64,000 bases of DNA, from NCBI GenBank assembly GCA_963677435.1, contig OY781945.1, positions 160,001 through 224,000 on the forward strand, written 5' to 3'. The translations under genes were made by a program, and so were the position numbers. The stretch is from an uncultured Aliarcobacter sp. (GTDB taxonomy: Bacteria > Campylobacterota > Campylobacteria > Campylobacterales > Arcobacteraceae). The notes beneath the pieces are model-generated. The model was not told where the DNA came from. It saw only the letters and a program-made list of their open reading frames with translations, and did not search any database. This document shows positions 10,173 to 18,899 of this stretch, one piece after another (position 1 is the stretch's first letter; every line of letters begins with the position of its first letter).

Positions 10173-10928
10173 TTAATCCACCTTTAATATTTGTATACTA
10201 TTTGCTACATCAACAAGTTTTATATATTTAGAAACATCTTTAATATATATGTATGACCCTACTGATAAATCAACTATTTTAGGTTCATTAACTAAAACAC
10301 CTGCACTCATGGAAGTTGTGATATTCCCTTTATTAAATTCAATTTTACTATATTCAATCCATTGGGAACTAGCGTTATACCAACGAAAAGTTTTTTGATT
10401 ATTATTACAATATGTATTTATTAAATTTGAACTGCACACTTTTTGTATAGTGTAATTATTTGATAATAGATTAAATATAGTTTTTGCCTCATCACTTTGT
10501 AATTTAATTTCAACATATGATTTATCTAAATCAACTTTCGAATTACTATCTTTTACAAAATACACACTTGTAAAATCTCTATATAAATCTCTGTTATAAA
10601 GTTGTGCAACATACTTATCTGTATTTCTATATTCATCTTTTGTTATTAGATATTTTATTTTTAACTCTTTTGTATTTAGAAAATCTATATCTATTCCCAT
10701 TTTATTTATTTTTGAAAAATTACTTCCTAAATAATCATCAGTTATTAAATTATCTATTGTTGGTAATTTGAATTCAGTTAAAATATATTTTTCAAAGTTT
10801 TTTGCAATATTCTCTTCTATCTCAATTAAATTTTGTACATATAATGTATTTTGATTTTGAGCTAGTAAATTATCATCTGCATTTAAATAAAAGCAAAAAA
10901 TGAAAATTGAGAAAATACTTTTTATCAT
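10173..10928 (-). CDS. Exported protein, PilV-N-like module only
   Basis: Signal peptide; EENIAKNFEKYIL...LPT...YLGSNFSKIN...LYNRDLYRDFT shared with the paralogues. Confidence 0.75.
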   Translation of the reverse strand: MIKSIFSIFIFCFYLNADDNLLAQNQNTLYVQNLIEIEENIAKNFEKYILTEFKLPTIDNLITDDYLGSNFSKINKMGIDIDFLNTKELKIKYLITKDEYRNTDKYVAQLYNRDLYRDFTSVYFVKDSNSKVDLDKSYVEIKLQSDEAKTIFNLLSNNYTIQKVCSSNLINTYCNNNQKTFRWYNASSQWIEYSKIEFNKGNITTSMSAGVLVNEPKIVDLSVGSYIYIKDVSKYIKLVDVANSIQILKVD

Positions 10929-11647
10929 TTTAAAGCCTCTATTCCTGTTGTAGTTTTAACATATTTCACACCTGCTGTATCATAAATCAAAGCACCTTTG
11001 GGAATAGAATTAAACTCATTTTCAGTTAGATGCTTAGAAGTATCACTTGTAATAACAATTGGTCCTGTTTTAAATTTATCAATATGATAACAAATTAAAT
11101 AATCAGTTATTTCACCTGAAGTATAGGTAGGTTTTATATAAATATGGCTATCTTTAATACAAGCTTTATCAGAATTGCTTGAGATACAAGTCCCAATTTC
11201 TTTATTTGTATTATTATTTAATGCAATTAAATCAAACAATTGTTTTGCAAAAATATCTTCTAAAATAAAATAAACAGCCCCACTTCTTACATAAGTTCTT
11301 TTTCTATAATTGTCACCCTCATATAAATTTTTTATACCTGAATCACTTGCCAATTCATTCCCTAAAGAATAACTCATTTTAGTTATACCAGATGTTAATG
11401 TTGTAACATTTACTTTATTAGTATCAATAGTAATAAATGAAGTAATTCCTCCACCTAAAAGTGTGTTTATATTCGCCATTGTAGGAAGTTTATAATTATT
11501 CAAAAGATACTCTTCATATGTTCTAGCAACTGATTCTTCATATTGAACTATATTTTTGACATTTTCCAAAGTTTCTTGTCTTTGTTCAAATGTTTCACTT
11601 TGAAGAAAAGAGAAACTAATAATTAAAAATAGAATAAATTTAATCAT
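10925..11647 (-). CDS. Exported protein, PilV-N-like module only
   Basis: Signal peptide; EESVARTYEEYLL...LPT...LYEGDNYRKRT shared with the paralogues. Confidence 0.75.
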   Translation of the reverse strand: MIKFILFLIISFSFLQSETFEQRQETLENVKNIVQYEESVARTYEEYLLNNYKLPTMANINTLLGGGITSFITIDTNKVNVTTLTSGITKMSYSLGNELASDSGIKNLYEGDNYRKRTYVRSGAVYFILEDIFAKQLFDLIALNNNTNKEIGTCISSNSDKACIKDSHIYIKPTYTSGEITDYLICYHIDKFKTGPIVITSDTSKHLTENEFNSIPKGALIYDTAGVKYVKTTTGIEALK

Positions 11648-12402
11648 AATTCATCTTTTAGTTGATAATATAGCTTTGTTTCAGCAGCTGTTTCATTTAA
11701 ATAAAGTTTATCTTTAATCTTTGATTTAAAGTAATCTATTTTTCTATTTTTTAATACCGTTTCATTCAAAGTACTATCCAATGATATTTCAGTTGTTGTT
11801 CTAAAATCTTGATACATTTTATCATAAGGAATAAAATTATTATCATCATTTAAAAGCTTTGATAAAGTTTCTGATACTGTTTTATCTGAATATAAGATTT
11901 CAACTTCTAAGAAATGAATTGCTCTATTTACACTATTTTCAATCTGTTTGTCAGATAAAATTTCATTTTTATTATTTTCACCAATATTAATAGTATATTT
12001 TTTTGTTTCTTCATCAAAAGAAAGAGTATTTACATCTGTAATGTTTTTTAATTTTGCTTTTAAGGCTAGAAGTTTTAACTTTTCATCTTGACTTATTTCA
12101 ATATTTCCAGCACTATTCACTAGCTCTTTATTTGTTAAAGTGCTATTTTTATTTCTATCAAGTAATAAAACTTTTTCCCAATTTTCACCTTTTGGTAAAT
12201 TGGCAATTATTTCATCTCTTGTAATATCTTGGGGATTTTTGTTGTATTGCTTGGCTAAAAGTGTTTTGATTTCTGAGATTATTTCATAGTTTTCTTGGAT
12301 TTGTTTTGCTTCTTGAACATCACTATATGATTTGTACATAGCAGATGCTGAAAATATAGCTGTAACAATAAGAGCAGACGATAGCCATATATTTCCAAAC
12401 AT
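11644..12402 (-). CDS. Minor pilin-like protein (N-terminal hydrophobic helix, no class III leader)
   Basis: MFGNIWLSSALIVTAIFSA followed by a long amphipathic helix and ITRDEIIANLP; located in the pilus locus. Confidence 0.5.
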   Translation of the reverse strand: MFGNIWLSSALIVTAIFSASAMYKSYSDVQEAKQIQENYEIISEIKTLLAKQYNKNPQDITRDEIIANLPKGENWEKVLLLDRNKNSTLTNKELVNSAGNIEISQDEKLKLLALKAKLKNITDVNTLSFDEETKKYTINIGENNKNEILSDKQIENSVNRAIHFLEVEILYSDKTVSETLSKLLNDDNNFIPYDKMYQDFRTTTEISLDSTLNETVLKNRKIDYFKSKIKDKLYLNETAAETKLYYQLKDEL

Positions 12403-12435
12403 TAATAAAAACCCTTCAAAAAAAGAAACTTAAAA

Positions 12436-12476
12436 TAAAAACTAAATACTATTGAGTTTTTAGTACTTAGTTTTTA
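12436..12476 (-). terminator. Second hairpin downstream of the putative major pilin
   Basis: 16-bp arms TAAAAACTAAATACTA/TAGTACTTAGTTTTTA; the single mismatch is G-U on the minus strand; T-rich tail. Confidence 0.6.
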
Positions 12477-12482
12477 GTTTAT

Positions 12483-12517
12483 AAAAAAATAAACACTTAG
12501 GCTAAAGCCTAAATGTT
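12483..12517 (-). terminator. Intrinsic terminator after the putative major pilin
   Basis: Minus strand AACATTTAGGC-TTTA-GCCTAAGTGTT then TATTTTTTT. Confidence 0.75.
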
Positions 12518-12521
12518 AAAA

Positions 12522-13172
12522 TTATAATACTGTACCTAAATCTTTAAAATATATTGTAAATATACCATCACCTAAAGATGCAGCATCTGATTTAACTGTA
12601 CCTGCTGCTCCAGTTGTGTCTAAAACAGTTGCAGGTCGATTTGCTTTAGGAACTTCTCCATCAGCTAAAGCAACTGGACTACCATCAGTTGTTGTTCTAT
12701 CTGTAGATGCTTGAGATGCTAAATCTGAAGAAATCTGTCCTTCTAAAAATGCCGCATTAGTCGCTAATCCATTAAGTAACTCAACTCTAAGTCCTGGTAC
12801 TGAACCTGCACCATTTAAAATTAAAGAAATATTCATTCCTGGGTTAGTTTTTCCACCAAAAGAAATTGCAGAATATGTATTTACTTCACCTGTTGCAAAA
12901 TTAGTTGAGGCAGCTGTTTTATTATCTTTAAGCTGTTCATTAATTTGTTTTGAGAAATATCCAAGATTTGCTAAATCTTTTAATGTTACACCTGCTTTAA
13001 GTTCACCTGTTTTAATTGCAACAATTAAATCACCCCTAATATTATTGATTTCTGTCATTACACTTGTTTTTTGTGCAACACCTTCAATTTTATCACCTGT
13101 TCCACCAAATGTTTGGAACATATAAATCATTGCTCCAACTACTACGATTACCATTGCTATCAACTGTGGCAT
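12522..13172 (-). CDS. Putative major pilin, leaderless (starts MPQLIAMVIVVVGAMIYMF)
   Basis: Hydrophobic N-helix, amphipathic helix (EINNIRGDL), LKDLANLGYF, Ala/Gly/Thr-rich head; own -10 box, SD AAGGA and terminator. Confidence 0.65.
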   Translation of the reverse strand: MPQLIAMVIVVVGAMIYMFQTFGGTGDKIEGVAQKTSVMTEINNIRGDLIVAIKTGELKAGVTLKDLANLGYFSKQINEQLKDNKTAASTNFATGEVNTYSAISFGGKTNPGMNISLILNGAGSVPGLRVELLNGLATNAAFLEGQISSDLASQASTDRTTTDGSPVALADGEVPKANRPATVLDTTGAAGTVKSDAASLGDGIFTIYFKDLGTVL

Positions 13173-13220
13173 ACTTCTATCCTTTTTGTTAAGTTAAATT
13201 TCTTAGACCTTTAGGTCGGT

Positions 13221-13226
13221 ATTATA
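13221..13226 (-). promoter_or_regulatory. Sigma70 -10 box (TATAAT) for the putative major pilin
   Basis: Perfect TATAAT about 50 nt upstream of the ATG. Confidence 0.6.
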
Positions 13227-13252
13227 CTACAACTTCTTTTAGTTGCACCAAT

Positions 13253-13840
13253 TTACTTGAATACTATACAAACAAAAAGCCCATCATTGTTTGTACCATC
13301 TTCTTTAAAATCTTCTGTTCCAACTGTAGAATCATAAGATTTCCCATTTGTCTGAAAAGTTCCAAAAAGCAACTTTTCACAAAATTCTCTTCCCGAAAAA
13401 CTTTCTGAAAAGATTGCCTTACTCATCAAACTTCCATTTGCACGCATATCAACTAAAAGTTTATATGCACTTCCAGCCGATGTTGCAAATTTTGCATCTG
13501 TACTTAGAACTGGAATCATCTGCCAAACTACTGAACTTGATGGGAATGTTAATTTTGAAGCTTTTGCAGAACCTTTAACATTATCAGTAGATGATGCAGT
13601 TGGTTTTGTCATTTTTATATTTCCTGACAAAATACCAGCATCATACAATACTTCAAAATTAATATCTGATAAACTTCCACCAGATTGGATATATGTATTT
13701 ACATATCCATCAATAACTAAAAACATTGACTTCATTCTATCAAGTTCAGCAGTGATAGAACTATTATCAGATTCATATCTTGTAAGCAAAATAACTGTTG
13801 CCGCAACAATAGCAAGTAGTGAGGATACAAGATAGGGCAT
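13253..13840 (-). CDS. Pilin-like protein, leaderless (starts MPYLVSSLLAIVAATVILL)
   Basis: ATG 13840 has SD AAGGA and a TAGAAT -10 at 13861-13866, so the ORF-track TTG at 13873 is unlikely; shares FEVLYDAGIL and C-terminal DGLF...FK with the 12522 gene; two Cys. Confidence 0.6.
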   Translation of the reverse strand: MPYLVSSLLAIVAATVILLTRYESDNSSITAELDRMKSMFLVIDGYVNTYIQSGGSLSDINFEVLYDAGILSGNIKMTKPTASSTDNVKGSAKASKLTFPSSSVVWQMIPVLSTDAKFATSAGSAYKLLVDMRANGSLMSKAIFSESFSGREFCEKLLFGTFQTNGKSYDSTVGTEDFKEDGTNNDGLFVCIVFK

Positions 13841-14057
13841 TTTTTTCCTTAAGTAGATATATTCTAACTTCAAATTTATTCTAACATAAGACGCATTAAA
13901 AATTAACTTAAAAAGTTATAATTTAATTATTTTTCTATTATCTTTAGTTACAGGCTTTGTAATTATTGCCTTTATTTATGAATTAATTATTCTTATTTTA
14001 TTACTTTTCTCAAAATTTAAGAAATTAAGTACATATAAATTTTTTAGTATAAATAAA

Positions 14058-14103
14058 AAAAGCCCGATTTAAAAACTCCAAAGAGTAATTAAATCGGGCT
14101 TTT
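14058..14103. terminator. Hairpin/terminator after tRNA-Arg
   Basis: Perfect 15-bp inverted repeat AAAAGCCCGATTTAA/TTAAATCGGGCTTTT. Confidence 0.8.
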
Positions 14104-14106
14104 AGA

Positions 14107-14183
14107 TGGTACGCCTGACAGGAGTCGAACCTGTAACCGCCGGGGCCGAAACCCGATGCTCTATCCAGTTGAGCCACAGACGC
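14107..14183 (-). tRNA. tRNA-Arg (anticodon TCG)
   Basis: GCGTCTG..GCTC-AACTGGATA-GAGC..TCGGG-TT TCG GC-CCCGG..ACAGG-TTCGACT-CCTGT-CAGGCGT-ACCA cloverleaf with encoded CCA. Confidence 0.97.
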
Positions 14184-14241
14184 ATTTGACATTCTTAAAA
14201 ATAAGGCTGGAATAATAGCACAGCCTTACTTAAAAATTCAA

Positions 14242-15102
14242 TTAAAAGAAAATATTATCTAATACAATCAAAATAAAAAACATGATTCCTAGGTAACCAT
14301 TAACTGTAAAAAAGGCTTTATCTATTTTTTTGAAATCTTTATTTACTAAGTAATGTTCATAAGATAACATCAATGCACTAAGGATAACTGCAACATAAGC
14401 AAAATATGAACTTCCAGAAGCTATAACAAATAAAAGCCAGAAAATCACAGTTAATAAATGAAAAATCTTTGAGATTTTCATTGTTTTTTCAACACCAAAT
14501 TTTGAGGGAATTGAGTGAAGTCCTAGTTTTTTATCAACTTCAATATCTTGCAAAGAGTAAAGTAAATCAAAGCCTGCAACCCAAAACATAACTCCAATAC
14601 TTAATAAAACTGCCCAAAAAGGAATTGTTTCACTAACAGCTACAACACCAGCAATTGGTGCAAGTCCTAATGAGATACCTAAAATTACATGTGCCAAATA
14701 TGAAAATCTTTTGAAATAAGAGTATGAACCAATTACTATCAAAATTGGAATTGATAAATATAATGCTAAATCATTTACAAAATATGCTACTAAGATAAAT
14801 CCCAAAGCATTTAAAGTTACAAAGATAAACATAGAAGAAGCACTGATTCTTCCATCAACATTTGGTCTGTTTATAGTTCGTGGATTCAAGGCATCTATAT
14901 CTCTATCCATAAATCTATTAAATCCCATTGCAAAGTTTCTAGCAGTAAGAGCTGCTAAAATTCCCAAAACAAAAAGTTTAAATCCAAACCAGCCATTTGC
15001 TGCAACTACCATCGCGATAAAGATAAAAGGTAGAGAAAAAATAGAGTGTTTGAACATAACAAGTTCGTTAAAATCGTTTAGTTTTTTTATAAGCTTATTC
15101 AT
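14242..15102 (-). CDS. mqnP: UbiA-family menaquinone (futalosine pathway) prenyltransferase
   Basis: HSIFSLPF, NRFMDRDIDALNPRT, FDLLYSLQD; multiple TMs. Confidence 0.9.
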   Translation of the reverse strand: MNKLIKKLNDFNELVMFKHSIFSLPFIFIAMVVAANGWFGFKLFVLGILAALTARNFAMGFNRFMDRDIDALNPRTINRPNVDGRISASSMFIFVTLNALGFILVAYFVNDLALYLSIPILIVIGSYSYFKRFSYLAHVILGISLGLAPIAGVVAVSETIPFWAVLLSIGVMFWVAGFDLLYSLQDIEVDKKLGLHSIPSKFGVEKTMKISKIFHLLTVIFWLLFVIASGSSYFAYVAVILSALMLSYEHYLVNKDFKKIDKAFFTVNGYLGIMFFILIVLDNIFF

Positions 15103-15193
15103 AAAAAGGATTGTATCAAAGATATTATTAAAAAAATTAGAATTAAACTTTTTCTAGTTATAATCAATTTTATTTTAATTATGAAAGAAACTA

Positions 15194-15397
15194 ATGTTTA
15201 AAATCACCCTATTTATAAGTACCCTACTTTTATCTCTTAGTTTTACAGCTTGCGTTTCAAAAGCTCAAAATGATGTTATAGATTCTGGTTCAAAAGATGT
15301 ATCTGATCTTTTAAGAACTCTTATTCAAAAAGAAAAAGAGATAAATGACTTAAATCAAAAATTAGAAGATTGTAAAAATTCAAAAGCAAAATCATGA
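15194..15397 (+). CDS. Small lipoprotein
   Basis: Lipobox FTAC; coiled coil; overlaps the miaA start. Confidence 0.7.
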   Translation: MFKITLFISTLLLSLSFTACVSKAQNDVIDSGSKDVSDLLRTLIQKEKEINDLNQKLEDCKNSKAKS

Positions 15398-16269
15398 AAG
15401 AAATCGCAATAATAGGTTCAACAGCTTCAGGTAAAACTGCCCTATCTTTAGACTTGGCAGAAAGAACTAATTCAATCATTTTGTCTCTTGATTCGCTTTG
15501 TGTTTATAAAGAGATAGAAATAGCTTCTGCAAAACCAAGCATAGAAGAGAGAGGAAATATAATTCATTTTGGAATAGATGAAGTTTTTCCAAATGAAGAG
15601 TTTGATGTTGTGAAATTTATTGAACTTTATAAAAAAACAAAAGATTATGCAATCAAAAATGAGAAAAATCTTATTATTGTTGGTGGAACTGGATTTTATT
15701 TAAAAGCTTTGATTGATGGATTGTCAAAAGGCGTTGATTCAAAAATCAAACTTGATATTTCTCAACAAGATGCTTATGAACTTCTTTATTCTCTAGATAA
15801 AGACTATATGCAAAAAATTGAAAAGAATGATAGATACAGAATCGAAAAAGCTTATGCTATTTACAAAGAAACAGGTCTTAGCCCTACTTCTTATTTTGAA
15901 AAAAATCCTAAAATTGCTGTTGCAAAAGATTTAAAAATTTTTGAAATTCTTTGGGACAAAGAAGAATTAAAAAATAGAATCGCTCAACGAACAAAAATTA
16001 TGGTAAATTCTGGTCTTATTGATGAAGTTATATTTTTAGAAAAAAAATACACAAGAGAGCCAAATTGTATGGCTTCTATTGGAATTATTGAAACTTTAGA
16101 GTATTTAGATGGAAAACTTTCAAAACAAGAATTAGAAGAAAAAATATCTGCAAATACAGCAAAACTTGCAAAGAGACAAAACACTTTCAATAAGTCCCAA
16201 TTTTTAGATAAAACATCAAATATAATAGAAAACTTAAATTCAGATATTATTAAGTATTTTTCGTTATAA
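15394..16269 (+). CDS. miaA: tRNA dimethylallyltransferase
   Basis: GSTASGKT, SLDS..VYK, VGGTGFY, LAKRQ. Confidence 0.95.
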   Translation: MKEIAIIGSTASGKTALSLDLAERTNSIILSLDSLCVYKEIEIASAKPSIEERGNIIHFGIDEVFPNEEFDVVKFIELYKKTKDYAIKNEKNLIIVGGTGFYLKALIDGLSKGVDSKIKLDISQQDAYELLYSLDKDYMQKIEKNDRYRIEKAYAIYKETGLSPTSYFEKNPKIAVAKDLKIFEILWDKEELKNRIAQRTKIMVNSGLIDEVIFLEKKYTREPNCMASIGIIETLEYLDGKLSKQELEEKISANTAKLAKRQNTFNKSQFLDKTSNIIENLNSDIIKYFSL

Positions 16270-16350
16270 TCCCGTCCCTAAAGAGTTTTTTAAAGGGCTA
16301 GCAATAGACTTGACCTTTTAATAAACATTAATTACATTAAGGATTATGGC

Positions 16351-16554
16351 ATGAAAAAAGATATTCATCCAGATTATAAAGTTTGTACAATTTCTTGTGC
16401 TTGTGGTAACTCATTTGAAACAAAATCAAATGTTGAGTCTTTAAGAATCGATATTTGTTCATCTTGTCACCCATTCTTTACAGGTGAGCAAAAACTTGTT
16501 GATGCTGCTGGTAGAGTTGAGAAATTCAAAGCTAAATATAACATGGCTAAATAG
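16351..16554 (+). CDS. rpmE: 50S ribosomal protein L31 (Zn-binding type)
   Basis: [29 protein letters not shown]. Confidence 0.98.
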   Translation: MKKDIHPDYKVCTISCACGNSFETKSNVESLRIDICSSCHPFFTGEQKLVDAAGRVEKFKAKYNMAK

Positions 16555-16563
16555 TACAATATT

Positions 16564-17385
16564 ATGTTGTGCTTAGTTCCAACTCCAATAGGAAATCTTG
16601 AAGATATTTCAAAAAGGTCTTTAAGCGTCCTAATGGATGCGGAACTTATTTTTTGTGAAGATACAAGAGTAACAAAAAAACTTCTAAATCTTTTAGGTGA
16701 AAAAAACAACCTAGACTTTTCAAACAAAGAGTATAAATCTTTTCACTCACACAATGAAAATCAAATTTTACAATCTTTAACAAAAGAGACTTTTACTAAA
16801 AATGTTGTTTATGTAAGTGATGCGGGAATGCCTTGCGTTAGTGATCCTGGTGCTACACTTGTGGATTATTGCATAAAAAATGAGATACCTTATGATGTAC
16901 TTCCTGGTGCAAATGCAATTTTAACAGCATATGCAATGAGTGGATTTACTCACACAACTTTTTCATTTTATGGGTTTTTAGACCATAAAGGTGCAAGTCG
17001 TGCTTCAAAATTAAATGATGTTTTAAATGATGATAAATTAGCAATTCTTTATGAATCACCACATAGACTTATAAAACTACTTGAAGAGTTAAGCATAAAA
17101 GATGCAAATAGAACAATATTTTTAGCAAAAGAGATAAGTAAATTACACCAAAAAACCTATAAAAACTCTGCATTAAATCTGTTTAATGAGTTTAAAGAGA
17201 TAAATATTAGAGGTGAATGGGTTGTAATAGTTGAACCAAAAGAGACAGTTGGTTTTAACCTTGAACTAGATGATATACTCTCTTTAGATATTGCACCAAA
17301 AATAAAAGCTAAATTAGTAGCTAAAATGACTGGACAATCAATAAAAGAGGTTTATCAACAAATTTTAGATAGAATCCCCGAATGA
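16564..17385 (+). CDS. rsmI: 16S rRNA C1402 2'-O-methyltransferase
   Basis: PTPIGNLEDIS, CEDTR, VSDAGMPCVSDPG, YESPHR. Confidence 0.95.
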   Translation: MLCLVPTPIGNLEDISKRSLSVLMDAELIFCEDTRVTKKLLNLLGEKNNLDFSNKEYKSFHSHNENQILQSLTKETFTKNVVYVSDAGMPCVSDPGATLVDYCIKNEIPYDVLPGANAILTAYAMSGFTHTTFSFYGFLDHKGASRASKLNDVLNDDKLAILYESPHRLIKLLEELSIKDANRTIFLAKEISKLHQKTYKNSALNLFNEFKEINIRGEWVVIVEPKETVGFNLELDDILSLDIAPKIKAKLVAKMTGQSIKEVYQQILDRIPE

Positions 17386-18071
17386 TAATATATGGAAAAC
17401 AAATCGTACTTTATGTACTTGACAAACACCCTCATTTAATAGAAGAAGTTTTTCTTTCAAAAGAAATTGATAAAAAACTTTTCTCAAGATTTGCAAAACT
17501 TGACAAAAAAATCCACAAATTGGATAATCAAAAAGCTCAAGCATTAGCAAAAGGTGGAAACCATCAAGGTTTCTTTTTAAAATTAACACATTCTGAATAT
17601 ACAGATATTAAAGAATTTAAAAAAATGAATTTTATTCTTGTATTAGATGGAGTTACTGATGTTGGAAATATTGGAGCAATCGCTAGAACTGCTTATTCTT
17701 TAGGAATAGAAGGGCTAATTGCTGCTGATATTAAAACTGTAAATGATTCTGGAATTTTAAGAACAAGTTCTGGAGCATTACTAGATTTACCATTTATGGT
17801 TCATCCGCGATCTGCTGATTTAGCAAGTGAATTAATTGATTGTGGTTTCACATTAATTGGTGCAACAACAGATGGAGTAGACTTAAAAAAATATGGGAAA
17901 ATTGAAAAAACTGATAAAGTTGCCCTATTTTTAGGAAGTGAAGGAACTGGTATCTCTCCTAAAGTTGCTAAAAAATTAGATTTAAAAGTTTCAATCGCGA
18001 TGGAACATGAATTTGATTCATTAAATGTATCTGTTGCTGCTGGGATTTTGATTTACAATCTTAAAAGATAA
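17382..18071 (+). CDS. rlmB: 23S rRNA G2251 SpoU methyltransferase
   Basis: NHQG, LDGVTDVGNIGAIART, GSEGTG, SLNVSVA. Confidence 0.9.
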   Translation: MIIYGKQIVLYVLDKHPHLIEEVFLSKEIDKKLFSRFAKLDKKIHKLDNQKAQALAKGGNHQGFFLKLTHSEYTDIKEFKKMNFILVLDGVTDVGNIGAIARTAYSLGIEGLIAADIKTVNDSGILRTSSGALLDLPFMVHPRSADLASELIDCGFTLIGATTDGVDLKKYGKIEKTDKVALFLGSEGTGISPKVAKKLDLKVSIAMEHEFDSLNVSVAAGILIYNLKR

Positions 18072-18086
18072 AAGAAAGATAATACC

Positions 18087-18896
18087 GTGATAAGAAAAAT
18101 ACTTTTAATAATTACATTAAGCGTAATGCTAAGTGCAAATTTAGATATGAAAATAAAAGATTTATTAGGGAACAGTGATTACAATACTCACAAAAACCTA
18201 ATTAATCATATTTTTAGTAATGAAAGTAATTTTTATACAAATAATCAAATTGATTACACGCGTATTATCCAAGAGTTAATGAATAATGGTGTTTTAAAAT
18301 TAAATCTTTCATCAACTCAAGATATTTCTGTAACATTTAATGTTAATAGTAATCCAAAAAAATCATTAAGAAATTTAAATGATATTTTAAAAGCAATAGG
18401 CCAACCAAATTTTGTCACAAAAGAAGAAATCATTGTTGATAATAATCTTAGATGGACTATTCAACTAAAAACTGCGGCCGCCATAAGCCCTCTCAGATTA
18501 TCTCAAGAGTTACAAGCTATAAATTGTAGAATTGTGGATATAAAAAGAGAGGGAGACTATAATTGGAGTTATTCTATAGATACGACAAATTCTTCAATTT
18601 ATAAAGAAGAAAATCTAGAGGATAACAATCAATTATCTTTAAGAAAACCACTAAAACCTTATATGATAAAAGTAGCAAAAGCTTCAGTTATCACAATAAA
18701 ATCTAATAGTGGAAATACTTGGTTTCCAAGTGTTGTTTTTTATGATAATGGATTAAATATAATTGGAATTTATGAAGAAAATAGTTTGCAAAAGAGTTTA
18801 AAACTCGAAGTGCCTGAAAATACAAAATATATTAAAATTGATGATTTATTTACGCTTGCTAATCTCAAGCAAGGAATTAACATTACTAAGGAGTAA
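18087..18896 (+). CDS. Exported hypothetical protein
   Basis: Signal peptide; operonic position; no motif recognised. Confidence 0.75.
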   Translation: MIRKILLIITLSVMLSANLDMKIKDLLGNSDYNTHKNLINHIFSNESNFYTNNQIDYTRIIQELMNNGVLKLNLSSTQDISVTFNVNSNPKKSLRNLNDILKAIGQPNFVTKEEIIVDNNLRWTIQLKTAAAISPLRLSQELQAINCRIVDIKREGDYNWSYSIDTTNSSIYKEENLEDNNQLSLRKPLKPYMIKVAKASVITIKSNSGNTWFPSVVFYDNGLNIIGIYEENSLQKSLKLEVPENTKYIKIDDLFTLANLKQGINITKE

Positions 18897-18899
18897 ACA

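Noticed and set aside
1..11647. Shufflon (invertible adhesin C-termini)
   Set aside because: Despite the PilV-N resemblance, no recombinase, inverted cassettes or repeated sfx-like sites are visible in the window
13841..13873. N-terminal extension MKLEYIYLRKK as a prepilin leader
   Set aside because: No Gly at -1; it contains the SD and a -10 box for ATG 13840
14107..14183. tRNA-Arg(UCG) as a novelty
   Set aside because: Unusual in many bacteria but expected in Campylobacterota, which do not rely on an inosine ACG tRNA
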